Source of the DNA: Coprobacillaceae bacterium
GTDB lineage: Bacteria > Bacillota_I > Bacilli_A > Erysipelotrichales > Coprobacillaceae
Length of the DNA: 32,000 bases
Direction: 5' to 3'
Assembly (NCBI GenBank): GCA_963675515.1
Contig: OY776328.1
Location: 1,260,001-1,292,000, forward strand
Notes under the pieces: generated by a model
Told to the model about the DNA's origin: nothing
The model's input: only the letters and a program-made list of their open reading frames with translations
Databases searched by the model: none
Program-made: the position numbers and the translations under genes
Shown here: piece after piece, positions 6,810-15,781 of the stretch
How the letters are laid out: every line of letters starts with the position of its first letter
How positions within the stretch are numbered: the first letter of the stretch is position 1

Positions 6810-9035
6810 ATGAATGATACTTTACAATTAAAGGGTAGATTTCAGCAAGCAAAGTCTAAAAATGGCCCACAAATTCGTGATTTACCTGCAGGAGCTAAAG
6901 TGGACGTACAAAAGTTAGAATCATTAAAATTGGACTTGCTAGAAATGAGGAAATTTTGGGCAAAAAACGAATATATCCCTGATGCTCTAGTTAGTGTTTA
7001 TTACCGTAAGGTTGCAGCAAAAACTAATAGGATACAGGGGTTGCTATCAAAAGGATCATCCAAGCCATCTTTATCAGTAGTGGGCGCTAGATTTTCAGAT
7101 GATCCATCCCCAAAACATATTATAACGCACTATATTCCTTTAGATGTTATCGATGAGTCAATTTATTTTTTGGAAATATGTATAGATATTTTGAACAGGT
7201 ATTTTTCAGGTGTTATCAATCAGGTCACACTAAAAAATATAAATAAAAATAATATAAAATTTGATGACAGGAAAATAAAAAAAACTAAGTTCGCTAAAAT
7301 AATAGTCGATTCTTATTATGTTGAAAAAATGGATGTATTAGTTGATCAATTACAAAACGAGGAAGAATCCATTATCACAATATTCGATACCGGTGAGAAA
7401 ACAATTGAACTGATGAATAAAATCGGTTTAAGGCTCAATCACATGCGCATTATTGATGAGACCACCTTACTTCTAAGACCAGACGAGTTAAGTTTGCTTA
7501 GGCAAAAAGCTCCATATTTAATATCTATGGCCGTAATAGATATCACACAAATACCTAAAGATGACTTCCAATTCCAACAACAGAATAAAATTACTATACC
7601 AATGCCGGTAAACGAACCTACAATAGGTGTTATTGACACGATGTTCGATGATAGTGTTTATTTCTCCGATTGGGTTGAGTTTGAAAACATGTTATCTGAA
7701 GAAATACCGCTATCACCAAAAGACTACAATCATGGAACTGCGGTATCTTCAATTATTGTTGATGGGCCTACTTTTAATCCGAACTATGATGATGGATGCG
7801 GGAGGTTTAGAGTAAAGCATTTTGGTGTTGCTGCTGGTGATAAATTTAGTTCCTTTACAATATTGAGAAGTATAAATGAGATTATCACTTCCAACAAAAA
7901 TATTACGGTATGGAACCTATCTTTAGGTTCCATACTAGAAATAAATAGAAACTTTATTTCTCCTGAAGCAGCGATATTAGATAAAATACAATACGAAAAT
8001 GACGTCATTTTTATTATCGCTGGTACTAATAAAGCGAAAACGGATGAAGAGGAAAAGTACATAGGGGCGCCCGCAGATTCAATAAATGGTTTGGTCGTAA
8101 ATTCTGTGGACAGTAATGGAAAGCCGGCATCATATTCAAGAAACGGGCCGGTGCTGTCTTTTTTTACCAAACCCGATGTTAGCTATTATGGTGGTACGAG
8201 CGGTGATTTGATGCGGGTATGTACCCCAACAGGTGAGGCTTTTGTAGGGGGGACCTCTTATGCTGCACCTTGGATTTCTAGAAAAATGTCATATTTGATT
8301 GATGTTCTAGGATTTAGCAGAGAGGTTGCAAAAGCAATTTTGATCCATTCTGCAACGGGATGGGAGATACAAGAGATTCCTTCAACGTTGATAGGTCATG
8401 GTGTTGTACCGATAAATATAAATGACATAGTTCAAAGTCCAAATGATGAGATCCAGTTTATTTTATCTGGTGTGTCTGAAAAATATGATACCTTTAATTA
8501 TGACATTCCCGTGCCAATCGATAAAAATAAACATCCTTATATTGTGAAAGCTACTCTATGCTATTTTCCTTGTTGTTCCAGAAATCAGGGTGTTGATTAT
8601 ACAAATACAGAATTGGATTTGCAATTAGGGAGACTGTATAGTAAAGGCATTAATCCAATTAATAATAATTTTCAAAGCTCTGATACTGGTATATATACCT
8701 GGGAAGAGGATGCTAGAAAATTATTTAGAAAATGGGATAACGTTAAACATATCAGAGAAATATATTCAGGTCAAAATAAGCCCAGAAAAGTATATGAGAA
8801 TTTTCAAGGAATCTGGGGAATCAGCTTAAAAACTAAAGAAAGATTAGATGAAAAATTTGGTCTAGGTTTAAGATTTGGTATTGTGGTTACCCTCAAGGAG
8901 ATTAATGGAGTAAATAGAATAGATGAATTTGTTAAAAGCTGCATGTTACATAGATGGATAGTAAATACAATAGATATAGAAAATAGAGTTGAAATATATA
9001 ATATAGCTGAGGAAGAAATTGAATTCGATGAGTAG
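6810..9035 (+). CDS. ietS: S8 subtilisin-family serine peptidase (IetS-like) with an N-terminal region of about 270 aa of unknown function
   Basis: Catalytic Asp in GVIDTMFD, His in YNHGTAVSS, oxyanion Asn in WNLSLGS and Ser in GGTSYAAPW. It is tightly coupled to the upstream AAA+ gene. Confidence 0.8.
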   Translation: MNDTLQLKGRFQQAKSKNGPQIRDLPAGAKVDVQKLESLKLDLLEMRKFWAKNEYIPDALVSVYYRKVAAKTNRIQGLLSKGSSKPSLSVVGARFSDDPSPKHIITHYIPLDVIDESIYFLEICIDILNRYFSGVINQVTLKNINKNNIKFDDRKIKKTKFAKIIVDSYYVEKMDVLVDQLQNEEESIITIFDTGEKTIELMNKIGLRLNHMRIIDETTLLLRPDELSLLRQKAPYLISMAVIDITQIPKDDFQFQQQNKITIPMPVNEPTIGVIDTMFDDSVYFSDWVEFENMLSEEIPLSPKDYNHGTAVSSIIVDGPTFNPNYDDGCGRFRVKHFGVAAGDKFSSFTILRSINEIITSNKNITVWNLSLGSILEINRNFISPEAAILDKIQYENDVIFIIAGTNKAKTDEEEKYIGAPADSINGLVVNSVDSNGKPASYSRNGPVLSFFTKPDVSYYGGTSGDLMRVCTPTGEAFVGGTSYAAPWISRKMSYLIDVLGFSREVAKAILIHSATGWEIQEIPSTLIGHGVVPININDIVQSPNDEIQFILSGVSEKYDTFNYDIPVPIDKNKHPYIVKATLCYFPCCSRNQGVDYTNTELDLQLGRLYSKGINPINNNFQSSDTGIYTWEEDARKLFRKWDNVKHIREIYSGQNKPRKVYENFQGIWGISLKTKERLDEKFGLGLRFGIVVTLKEINGVNRIDEFVKSCMLHRWIVNTIDIENRVEIYNIAEEEIEFDE

Positions 9036-9333
9036 AAATCGACTCATTTCCGAATTTTTGATATCTAACTTCACTAAAATTATTCTTAAAAAATATTTAC
9101 AAATTTGATTTGTTACATCTGAACTCGCAATCAGTTTATCTAAAATTTATTTGGTAGGAAAAGTCTAGTGGTAAAAATACCATCATGGACATTTTATGGT
9201 GGTAAAAAAACTTTCAAATTTTCATATTTTTATAAATTAGAATACAGTTGTAATCTTGGCGATCATTTTGGATCAAAAAGTAAAATTGAATATTCAAAGG
9301 GTTTCGAACGAGAATATTTAGGGGGTATGAGAT

Positions 9334-9603
9334 TTGAAAACGCGATTATTTATAATTGGGAATGGTTTTGATTTAGCACATCAACTGCCAACTAATTATA
9401 ACCCGGATTTTAAGATGATTGCAGAGAAAAATGAGCCTTTAGCTTATTTTTGGGATATTTACCAGTCAAGCAACGCTGATATTTGGTCGGATTTTGAAAA
9501 TTTGCTTGGCTATCCTGATTTCAATAATTTGGAAGAAATATTTGAGGGTTTCTCCCCAGATTGGTCATCTGACTTTGAAAGTGATAGAAATTCCATTATT
9601 TTT
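9334..9603 (+). pseudogene. abiH: abiH-like abortive infection gene, N-terminal fragment
   Basis: TTG start 8 nt after the RBS AGGGGG. The N-terminus MKTRLFIIGNGFDLAHQLPTNYNPDF carries the hallmark IIGNGFDLAH motif of the AbiH family. The frame runs into the left inverted repeat of an IS at 9604, and the apparent stop at 9610-9612 is IS sequence. Confidence 0.8.
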
Positions 9604-9659
9604 CTTAATTAACCACCAAATACATCCTTAAATTTAATAATGATTTACAAACCGTTTCT

Positions 9660-10807
9660 ACGGCTATGTTAGCCCATAAAGATGTTTATCGACTTTTCCT
9701 GTGAAATTAGGTGTATAATGAAGAAGAGGTGGGATAACCATGGAATTAGAAAAAATCAAGAATGAACTGGATACTTTAAACAGCGATGATTTAAGCGCCC
9801 TAATTGTTTTCATTCAGGACCGTCAACTTCTAAATGATTACACCAACATCCTTGTGGATGCATTAGAAGCCAAACACAACGACTCAATTTCGTGCCCTCG
9901 TTGCGGTCAACATCATATTAAAAGAGATGGCCACTACAAAAATAGTACGCAACGGTATAGATGCATTGATTGCGGTAAAACTTTCACTCCATATGTTGGT
10001 ACAATTTTGGAGAACACCAAACTTTCCTATATAACCTGGCTTAAGTATCTGATAATAATGAGCCATGACGAAGATTTGAGGGACTGTGCCAAATATGCAG
10101 GAGTGTCGTTAAAATGCAGTTTTTTCATGCGCCATAAAATATTGAATGCCCTAGCTCACAGGATGGAAAACATTGAGCTTAGCGGTATTGTGGAATTAGA
10201 TGAAATGAGCGTAAACATCAGTTATTCCGGGAATCACAGTAAGCAGGCAGAAAAACCATTACCCAGGAAGCCTTATAAAAGAGGACGAAAAGGTAACCGC
10301 AGAGACAAGAAAGATCAAAATATAACCGACGCCGTACAAATAGCAAGCGCCGTTGACAGGAACGGTCGTATATTACTCAAGGTCGCTAAGATTGGATCGA
10401 CAACGCTGGACAATGAGACGACAACCGCTGTATATTTGAAGCATCTTCAAAAAGCAACAACGCTGTGTACGGATGGATTATTCGTATATCGAAGATTAAG
10501 CGAAAGCTTACAAATTGAACACTATGCTTTTCCAGCAAAAAGTAAAGCAAAACGAGGAATCTACCACATAAATCACGTCAACTACGTGCATTCTCAAATT
10601 GAAAAGTATATGAAAAAACACAATGGGATATCTTCAAAATACCTCAATGAATACCTGGCTTATATCGCATACATGATTGAAACAAGAGCTAGAGACGTCC
10701 ATGATTATTTTGTTGATATTTATCAGTGCCATTGTGATTTCAGGCGAGAAAATTATATTGGAACAGGCTTCATCTATGAAAGCATAGCTTTGGGTTAACA
10801 TAGCCGT
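9660..10807 (+). mobile_element. IS1595-family element (called IS-A here), copy 1 of a head-to-tail dimer
   Basis: The 16-bp terminal inverted repeats ACGGCTATGTTAGCCC and GGGTTAACATAGCCGT match at 15/16 positions. The repeat period to copy 2 is 1152 bp. Confidence 0.8.
9740..10798 (+). CDS. IS1595-family transposase (copy 1)
   Basis: N-terminal zinc ribbon CPRCG...CIDCGKTF. The DDE-type core contains VELDEMSV...LCTDGL...HINHVNYVHSQIEKYMKK...YLNEYLAY. The stop codon lies inside the right inverted repeat. Confidence 0.9.
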   Translation: MELEKIKNELDTLNSDDLSALIVFIQDRQLLNDYTNILVDALEAKHNDSISCPRCGQHHIKRDGHYKNSTQRYRCIDCGKTFTPYVGTILENTKLSYITWLKYLIIMSHDEDLRDCAKYAGVSLKCSFFMRHKILNALAHRMENIELSGIVELDEMSVNISYSGNHSKQAEKPLPRKPYKRGRKGNRRDKKDQNITDAVQIASAVDRNGRILLKVAKIGSTTLDNETTTAVYLKHLQKATTLCTDGLFVYRRLSESLQIEHYAFPAKSKAKRGIYHINHVNYVHSQIEKYMKKHNGISSKYLNEYLAYIAYMIETRARDVHDYFVDIYQCHCDFRRENYIGTGFIYESIALG

Positions 10808-10811
10808 TTCT

Positions 10812-11959
10812 ACGGCTATGTTAGCCCATAAAGATGTTTATCGACTTTTCCTGTGAAATTAGGTGTATAATGAAGAAGAGGTGGGATAACCATGGAATTA
10901 GAAAAAATCAAGAATGAACTGGATACTTTAAACAGCGATGATTTAAGCGCCCTAATTGTTTTCATTCAGGACCGTCAACTTCTAAATGATTACACCAACA
11001 TCCTTGTGGATGCATTAGAAGCCAAACACAACGATTCAATTTCGTGCCCTCGTTGCGGTCAACATCATATTAAAAGAGATGGCCACTACAAAAATAGTAC
11101 GCAACGGTATAGATGCATTGATTGCGGTAAAACTTTCACTCCATATGTTGGTACAATTTTGGAGAACACCAAACTTTCCTATATAACCTGGCTTAAGTAT
11201 CTGATAATAATGAGCCATGACGAAGATTTGAGGGACTGTGCCAAATATGCAGGAGTGTCGTTAAAATGCAGTTTTTTCATGCGCCATAAAATATTGAATG
11301 CCCTAGCTCACAGGATGGAAAACATTGAGCTTAGCGGTATTGTGGAATTAGATGAAATGAGCGTAAACATCAGTTATTCCGGGAATCACAGTAAGCAGGC
11401 AGAAAAACCATTACCCAGGAAGCCTTATAAAAGAGGACGAAAAGGTAACCGCAGAGACAAGAAAGATCAAAATATAACCGACGCCGTACAAATAGCAAGC
11501 GCCGTTGACAGGAACGGTCGTATATTACTCAAGGTCGCTAAGATTGGATCGACAACGCTGGACAATGAGACGACAACCGCTGTATATTTGAAGCATCTTC
11601 AAAAAGCAACAACGCTGTGTACGGATGGATTATTCGTATATCGAAGATTAAGCGAAAGCTTACAAATTGAACACTATGCTTTTCCAGCAAAAAGTAAAGC
11701 AAAACGAGGAATCTACCACATAAATCACGTCAATTACGTGCATTCTCAAATTGAAAAGTATATGAAAAAACACAATGGGATATCTTCTAAATACCTCAAT
11801 GAATACCTGGCTTATATCGCATACATGATTGAAACAAGAGCTAGAGACGTCCATGATTATTTTGTTGATATTTATCAGTGCCATTGTGATTTCAGGCGAG
11901 AAAATTATATTGGAACAGGCTTCATCTATGAAAGCATAGCTTTGGGTTAACATAGCCGT
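10812..11959 (+). mobile_element. IS-A, copy 2 of the head-to-tail dimer
   Basis: Same ends as copy 1. It differs from copy 1 at only three positions that I found: 9883C/11035T, 10582C/11734T and 10636A/11788T. Confidence 0.8.
10892..11950 (+). CDS. IS1595-family transposase (copy 2)
   Basis: The 352-aa product is identical to that of copy 1. The three nucleotide differences are all synonymous. Confidence 0.9.
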   Translation: MELEKIKNELDTLNSDDLSALIVFIQDRQLLNDYTNILVDALEAKHNDSISCPRCGQHHIKRDGHYKNSTQRYRCIDCGKTFTPYVGTILENTKLSYITWLKYLIIMSHDEDLRDCAKYAGVSLKCSFFMRHKILNALAHRMENIELSGIVELDEMSVNISYSGNHSKQAEKPLPRKPYKRGRKGNRRDKKDQNITDAVQIASAVDRNGRILLKVAKIGSTTLDNETTTAVYLKHLQKATTLCTDGLFVYRRLSESLQIEHYAFPAKSKAKRGIYHINHVNYVHSQIEKYMKKHNGISSKYLNEYLAYIAYMIETRARDVHDYFVDIYQCHCDFRRENYIGTGFIYESIALG

Positions 11960-12035
11960 TTCTACGCCTTCTAAATCTTAGGTTTTTAGTGATGCTTTTC
12001 CTAACCTTTGGTATGATAATAACGAGGTGATATCA

Positions 12036-13007
12036 ATGGGAAACAAACTAAAACCAAAGAAAGATTCTTTAATAACTCTTACTAGAAAATATGCTAATGA
12101 CAATGATGAATGTGTCAAGTTCTTCTTCACTATCAAGTGGCCTGAAGGGTTCTTCTGTGAAAAGTGCGGTTGCACGCATTTCTACTTCATTGAAAGTAGA
12201 AAAGCTTACCAATGCAAGGAATGCAAACATCAGCATTATTTGCTTGCTGGCACCATATTCCAGGATACCAAACTTGAACTTTACAAACTGATCTTGGGTA
12301 TGTATATTTTCTTTACTGCTAATAAAGGTGTATCAGCAATAGAACTTGCAAGTGAACTAGACGTTAATTACAAAACAGCTTTACTTCTTGCCAGAAAATG
12401 TCGCATTTTGATGGCTCAAAGCTGTAGTGAAAAGATGCTGGATAGCATGTTTTATGAAGCTGACGTCGCATATATTGGATCTAAGAGCAAAGAGAAGAAT
12501 CGTCAAGGTTGTGCTACAGAGCAACAGCCTTTTTTTGTTGTTCTTTCGACGGATGCAGAAAACAAATACCCAAAATATATCAAACTTCACCCCATCCCCA
12601 CCGACAATCAAGTCTAGGTAGGAAGTGTCATCTCGAAAAGCATCAAACTGTCCCAGGATCGAAAACTGAATACCGATGGTAAAACCACATTTAACTCAAT
12701 TGAGGATGAGATTGATCTATGTAAGGAAAAGATCCTGTATAAAGAGGATGATCATCGCCTGTATTGGATTAACACCCTGATTGGTGATATCAAAAACAAT
12801 ATCACCGGAATATATCATGGCGTAGCAAAACGGGATCTGCCCTTATTCCTAAATGAGCAGGAGTGGCGCTTCAACCACCGGAATACAGGTGCTTATTTCA
12901 TGGACAAGATAAGAAAATATCTGCTTCTTTCATCGCCGATGCCAAGAAGAAAAATCATAACGGTTCTCAACTTAGCAGAATCTTATTTTTCAAGTACATG
13001 TATCTGA
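12036..13007 (+). pseudogene. IS-B transposase (IS1595 family) interrupted by an in-frame TAG
   Basis: ATG 12036 follows the RBS GAGGTG. The N-terminal zinc ribbon is WPEGFFCEKCGC...YQCKECKH. An in-frame TAG at 12615-12617 is followed, in the same frame, by 129 more sense codons. These end ...YHGVAKRDLPLFLNEQEWRFNHRNTG... (IS1595 C-terminal signature), with the stop at 13005-13007 inside the right inverted repeat. Confidence 0.8.
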
Positions 13008-13027
13008 TGGTTAATTAAGTTATTTTT

Positions 13028-13132
13028 CAAGTAGACATTAACGGCAATTTGCAAGAATCTTTGATTGAATTTGCGGAAAAGGCTGAAAAGGAAATTATTA
13101 ACACAACAGCTATTGATATTTACAAGAAATAT
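13028..13132 (+). pseudogene. abiH: abiH-like gene, middle fragment
   Basis: After conceptual excision of IS-B plus one target-duplication copy, the abiH frame continues without a stop for 35 codons (QVDINGNLQESLIEFAEKAEKEIINTTAIDIYKKY). It then hits TGA at 13133. Confidence 0.45.
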
Positions 13133-13241
13133 TGAATATCCAAGATAGTTTAATATTGCCGCTCCGCACAAGATGAGTGATGGTTCAATATATTTGCCAT
13201 CTTATTTACCTTCAAACTTTCTTGAGGTGTAAGATTTTAAA

Positions 13242-13284
13242 AGATACAGCCGATTGTTATTATTTGGCAGCTGTATCTTTTTTT
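13242..13284 (+). terminator. Rho-independent terminator inside the unresolved insertion block
   Basis: The 9-bp stem AGATACAGC (13242-13250) pairs with GCTGTATCT (13270-13278) and is followed by TTTTTT. It comes after a short gene-tail-like frame (...MSDGSIYLPSYLPSNFLEV*). Confidence 0.55.
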
Positions 13285-13376
13285 GCTATTATTAACTTAG
13301 AATATATCCTTTAGAAAGAAAAAAGATAGAAATCTCCCCAACCACAGTTTGATTTCTATCTGCTCATAAGAACAAT

Positions 13377-13796
13377 ATGATAATAATAAAAAATGGCGGA
13401 AAAATCAATCCCTTAAATCAAAAAAGTTATTCGGATGCTGTAAATTCTATAGATTATTCAACTATCCAATGCACCAATTGCCATCATAGCGAAGCCCGCT
13501 TCCAGGCACATTCCTACTACACTAGAAATGTGTCCTTTTTGGGGTTCAAAACCAAAATCAAGATACTACGGGTTATTTGCACCGTATGCCGCAAAACTCA
13601 TGCCATACTGGTGGAATCTATCGTTCCTTACTTCATTATCTCCAAGGAAGATATCGTAACGATCATAGCCAATAACGATCACCACGACTTCTCCTACATC
13701 TATTTTCTAAAACGTTTTTTCAAATCAATGACCGATTATGAACGAATCTGCGTCATCAAATCAAGAAGATGGCCATGTATCTTCATAACCACTTAA
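13377..13796 (+). CDS. Small zinc-ribbon protein, probably IS-associated (DUF6431-like, from memory)
   Basis: CTNCHH...CTVCRKTH cysteine pairs. The gene lies directly upstream of, and co-oriented with, the ISL3 transposase gene. No clear RBS. Confidence 0.45.
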   Translation: MIIIKNGGKINPLNQKSYSDAVNSIDYSTIQCTNCHHSEARFQAHSYYTRNVSFLGFKTKIKILRVICTVCRKTHAILVESIVPYFIISKEDIVTIIANNDHHDFSYIYFLKRFFKSMTDYERICVIKSRRWPCIFITT

Positions 13797-13864
13797 CTTT
13801 CATACATAATCAGGGGTGTCCGATGTAAAATCTAATTGTAATCATGTTGCAGGAGGAAAATACA

Positions 13865-15289
13865 ATGGAAACCAAATCAAAAACCAAAGATTCTAGAATT
13901 GCGCAGTCAGCGGATACCCTAAGCGCGCCTGTCGACGAGGTATATATCAAAAAGCTGTTCAACCTCGAAGACAAAAACATCTCCAAGATCCATGTCAATC
14001 ATCAGTTTGACGGTGTCCATGTCCATGTGGAGCTGGAGTGTGCTGTGCATACTTGCCCTGTATGTGGCACAGAGACATCGATTATCAATAATTATGTGAA
14101 CAAGAAAATAACCCACTCCATTTTAAACGGCATCCCGTGTTACATCAATTATCACGCTCGGCGGCATCGTTGCCCGGCCTGCAATAAAACATTCTATGAA
14201 CACAACCCTTTCACCATCGAAGGAATGAAAATCTCTTTGGCGACCGTATATAATGTCCTAAAGGATTTAAAATCATTCAACGAGACATTCACCAGCGTTG
14301 CTGCCCGTTATAATATTTCGGCAACGGCAGTTGCTTCGATCTTCGACAGACATGTCAGGGTTTCAAGAAGGAAGCTGCCTGAGTATATTTGTATCGACGA
14401 GGTCTACGCCTTCAAGTCCGATCGAAGCAATTATGTCTGTGTCCTACTTGACTATGAAAGCAAAAAACTGATTGACCTTTTGCCTAGCCGCAAGAAGCAG
14501 GACCTGATCACCTACTTCAATCTGATCCCTAGAGAGGAACGCGAGAAGGTAAAGATTGTTTCAACCGATATGTGGGAGACCTACCGCGTGGTCAGTAAAA
14601 TTGTCTTCCCCAAGGCCGTAACCGCCTGTGACAAGTTCCATGTAATCCAGGAGATGACCAAGAAAGTCGACCGGATCAGGAGAGATGTCATGAACCGGGT
14701 CAAAGTGTCATCAAACACAAAAAAAGAGAATCTCACCAAGCAAGAGATTGTGGAAGTTGAAGAACGCCAAAGACAGTATTATGTACTCAAAAAATTCAAT
14801 TGGCTTCTTTACAAAAATGATGCAAAGATCTTCGATCCAAACGTGAAAAAACATTATAATAGGGTGCTTAAAGGCTATTACAACCACTACGATTTACTGG
14901 ATTACATCATTAAATGTGACAAGGCACTTGAAGAGGCTGTCGATTTGAAAGATGAGCTGATTAGATTTTATAAAAAAAGCAGTCATGAAAAAGCCAAAAA
15001 GGACTTGGAAGAAATAATCAAAATGTATCAGGCCAGTGATATCAAGGAAATCAACGAATTCGCTAAAACGCTGATCAAATGGAAATATGAGATAATCAAT
15101 TCATTCATCAAGATTGACAAGAATGAACGAAAAATAAACAATGGAATAATTGAAAACCGCAATAAAACCATCAAAAATATCAAGCATAATGCCAACGGAT
15201 ACAGTAACTGGGAAAGGTTCCGCAGCCGGGTCCTGTATGTAATAAACGATGACGTCACCTACTATCTGTACCCAATAAAAAAAGACTAG
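13865..15289 (+). CDS. ISL3-family transposase
   Basis: The start was moved to ATG 13865, 8 nt after AGGAGG. The zf-ISL3 pattern is CPVCG...RRHRCPACNKTF. The DDE core is ICIDEVY...STDMWETY...CDKFHVIQE. Confidence 0.9.
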   Translation: METKSKTKDSRIAQSADTLSAPVDEVYIKKLFNLEDKNISKIHVNHQFDGVHVHVELECAVHTCPVCGTETSIINNYVNKKITHSILNGIPCYINYHARRHRCPACNKTFYEHNPFTIEGMKISLATVYNVLKDLKSFNETFTSVAARYNISATAVASIFDRHVRVSRRKLPEYICIDEVYAFKSDRSNYVCVLLDYESKKLIDLLPSRKKQDLITYFNLIPREEREKVKIVSTDMWETYRVVSKIVFPKAVTACDKFHVIQEMTKKVDRIRRDVMNRVKVSSNTKKENLTKQEIVEVEERQRQYYVLKKFNWLLYKNDAKIFDPNVKKHYNRVLKGYYNHYDLLDYIIKCDKALEEAVDLKDELIRFYKKSSHEKAKKDLEEIIKMYQASDIKEINEFAKTLIKWKYEIINSFIKIDKNERKINNGIIENRNKTIKNIKHNANGYSNWERFRSRVLYVINDDVTYYLYPIKKD

Positions 15290-15452
15290 AGATCCGCAGA
15301 TTTCTAGTCATCTAATATAAGCTCCAAAGATTCATGAGGTCGCACTCACATCAAGTAATATTGTAGCTCCCGATGGTGGATAGGTTACAATAAATTAGAC
15401 AAGATTATAAGGACATGATAAAATCTTGTTAAATTTGTGGAGGATATTCAAA

Positions 15453-15746
15453 ATGACAAAACGCAGACCTAAACGTACTTACACCGATGAATTCAGAATC
15501 AAAATGGTTCAACTTTACAACAATGGGAAACCCAGAGCGGAAATAATCCGTGAATACGATTTGACAGCTTCAGCGTTCAATAAATGGGTTAAACGCTTCA
15601 ATGACACGGGTTCGTTTACTGAAGCCGACAATCGATCAGATCATGACAAGGCGCTTATCAAGCTCCAAAAAGAAAACGAACGACTGAAGATGGAAAATGA
15701 TATTTTAAAGCAAGCGGCGCTGATAATGGGACGAAAAGACAAGTAA
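15453..15746 (+). CDS. IS3-family transposase OrfA (HTH)
   Basis: MTKRRPKRTYTDEFRIKMVQLYNNGK... is a typical IS3 OrfA, with a leucine-zipper-like C-terminus. ATG 15453 is preferred over the TTG start in the ORF track. Confidence 0.85.
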   Translation: MTKRRPKRTYTDEFRIKMVQLYNNGKPRAEIIREYDLTASAFNKWVKRFNDTGSFTEADNRSDHDKALIKLQKENERLKMENDILKQAALIMGRKDK

Positions 15747-15781
15747 TCTTTGCCAATAAACACAAATACTCTATCAGCGCT

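Larger units (their letters stand above)
9604..13019 (+). mobile_element. IS1595-family element (called IS-B here) inserted in abiH and carrying a nested IS dimer
   Basis: Terminal inverted repeats CTTAATTAACCACCAAATAC (9604-9623) and the reverse complement of 13000-13019 match at 18/20 positions. It is flanked by a perfect 8-bp target duplication TTATTTTT (9596-9603 and 13020-13027). Without the nested 2304 bp, its own length would be about 1112 bp. Confidence 0.85.
13140..15370 (+). mobile_element. ISL3-family element plus associated DNA. The boundaries are not resolved.
   Basis: The block contains an ISL3 transposase gene and separates abiH fragments. I could find only degenerate, gapped end similarity (AATATT...ACAAGATGAGTG against AATATT ACTTGATGTGAGTG). 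There is also a 7-nt AATATTG repeat at 13128-13134 and 15357-15363. Confidence 0.4.

Noticed and set aside
9168-9371. 67-codon ORF overlapping the abiH start
   Set aside because: It overlaps the RBS and the first codons of the motif-bearing abiH frame, and it has no motif or RBS of its own.
9740-11950. The possibility that the duplicated transposase gene is an assembly artefact
   Set aside because: The two 1152-bp units differ at three positions (9883/11035, 10582/11734 and 10636/11788). The junction is a clean end-to-end abutment. A collapsed or duplicated assembly would normally give identical copies. Long-read confirmation is still desirable.
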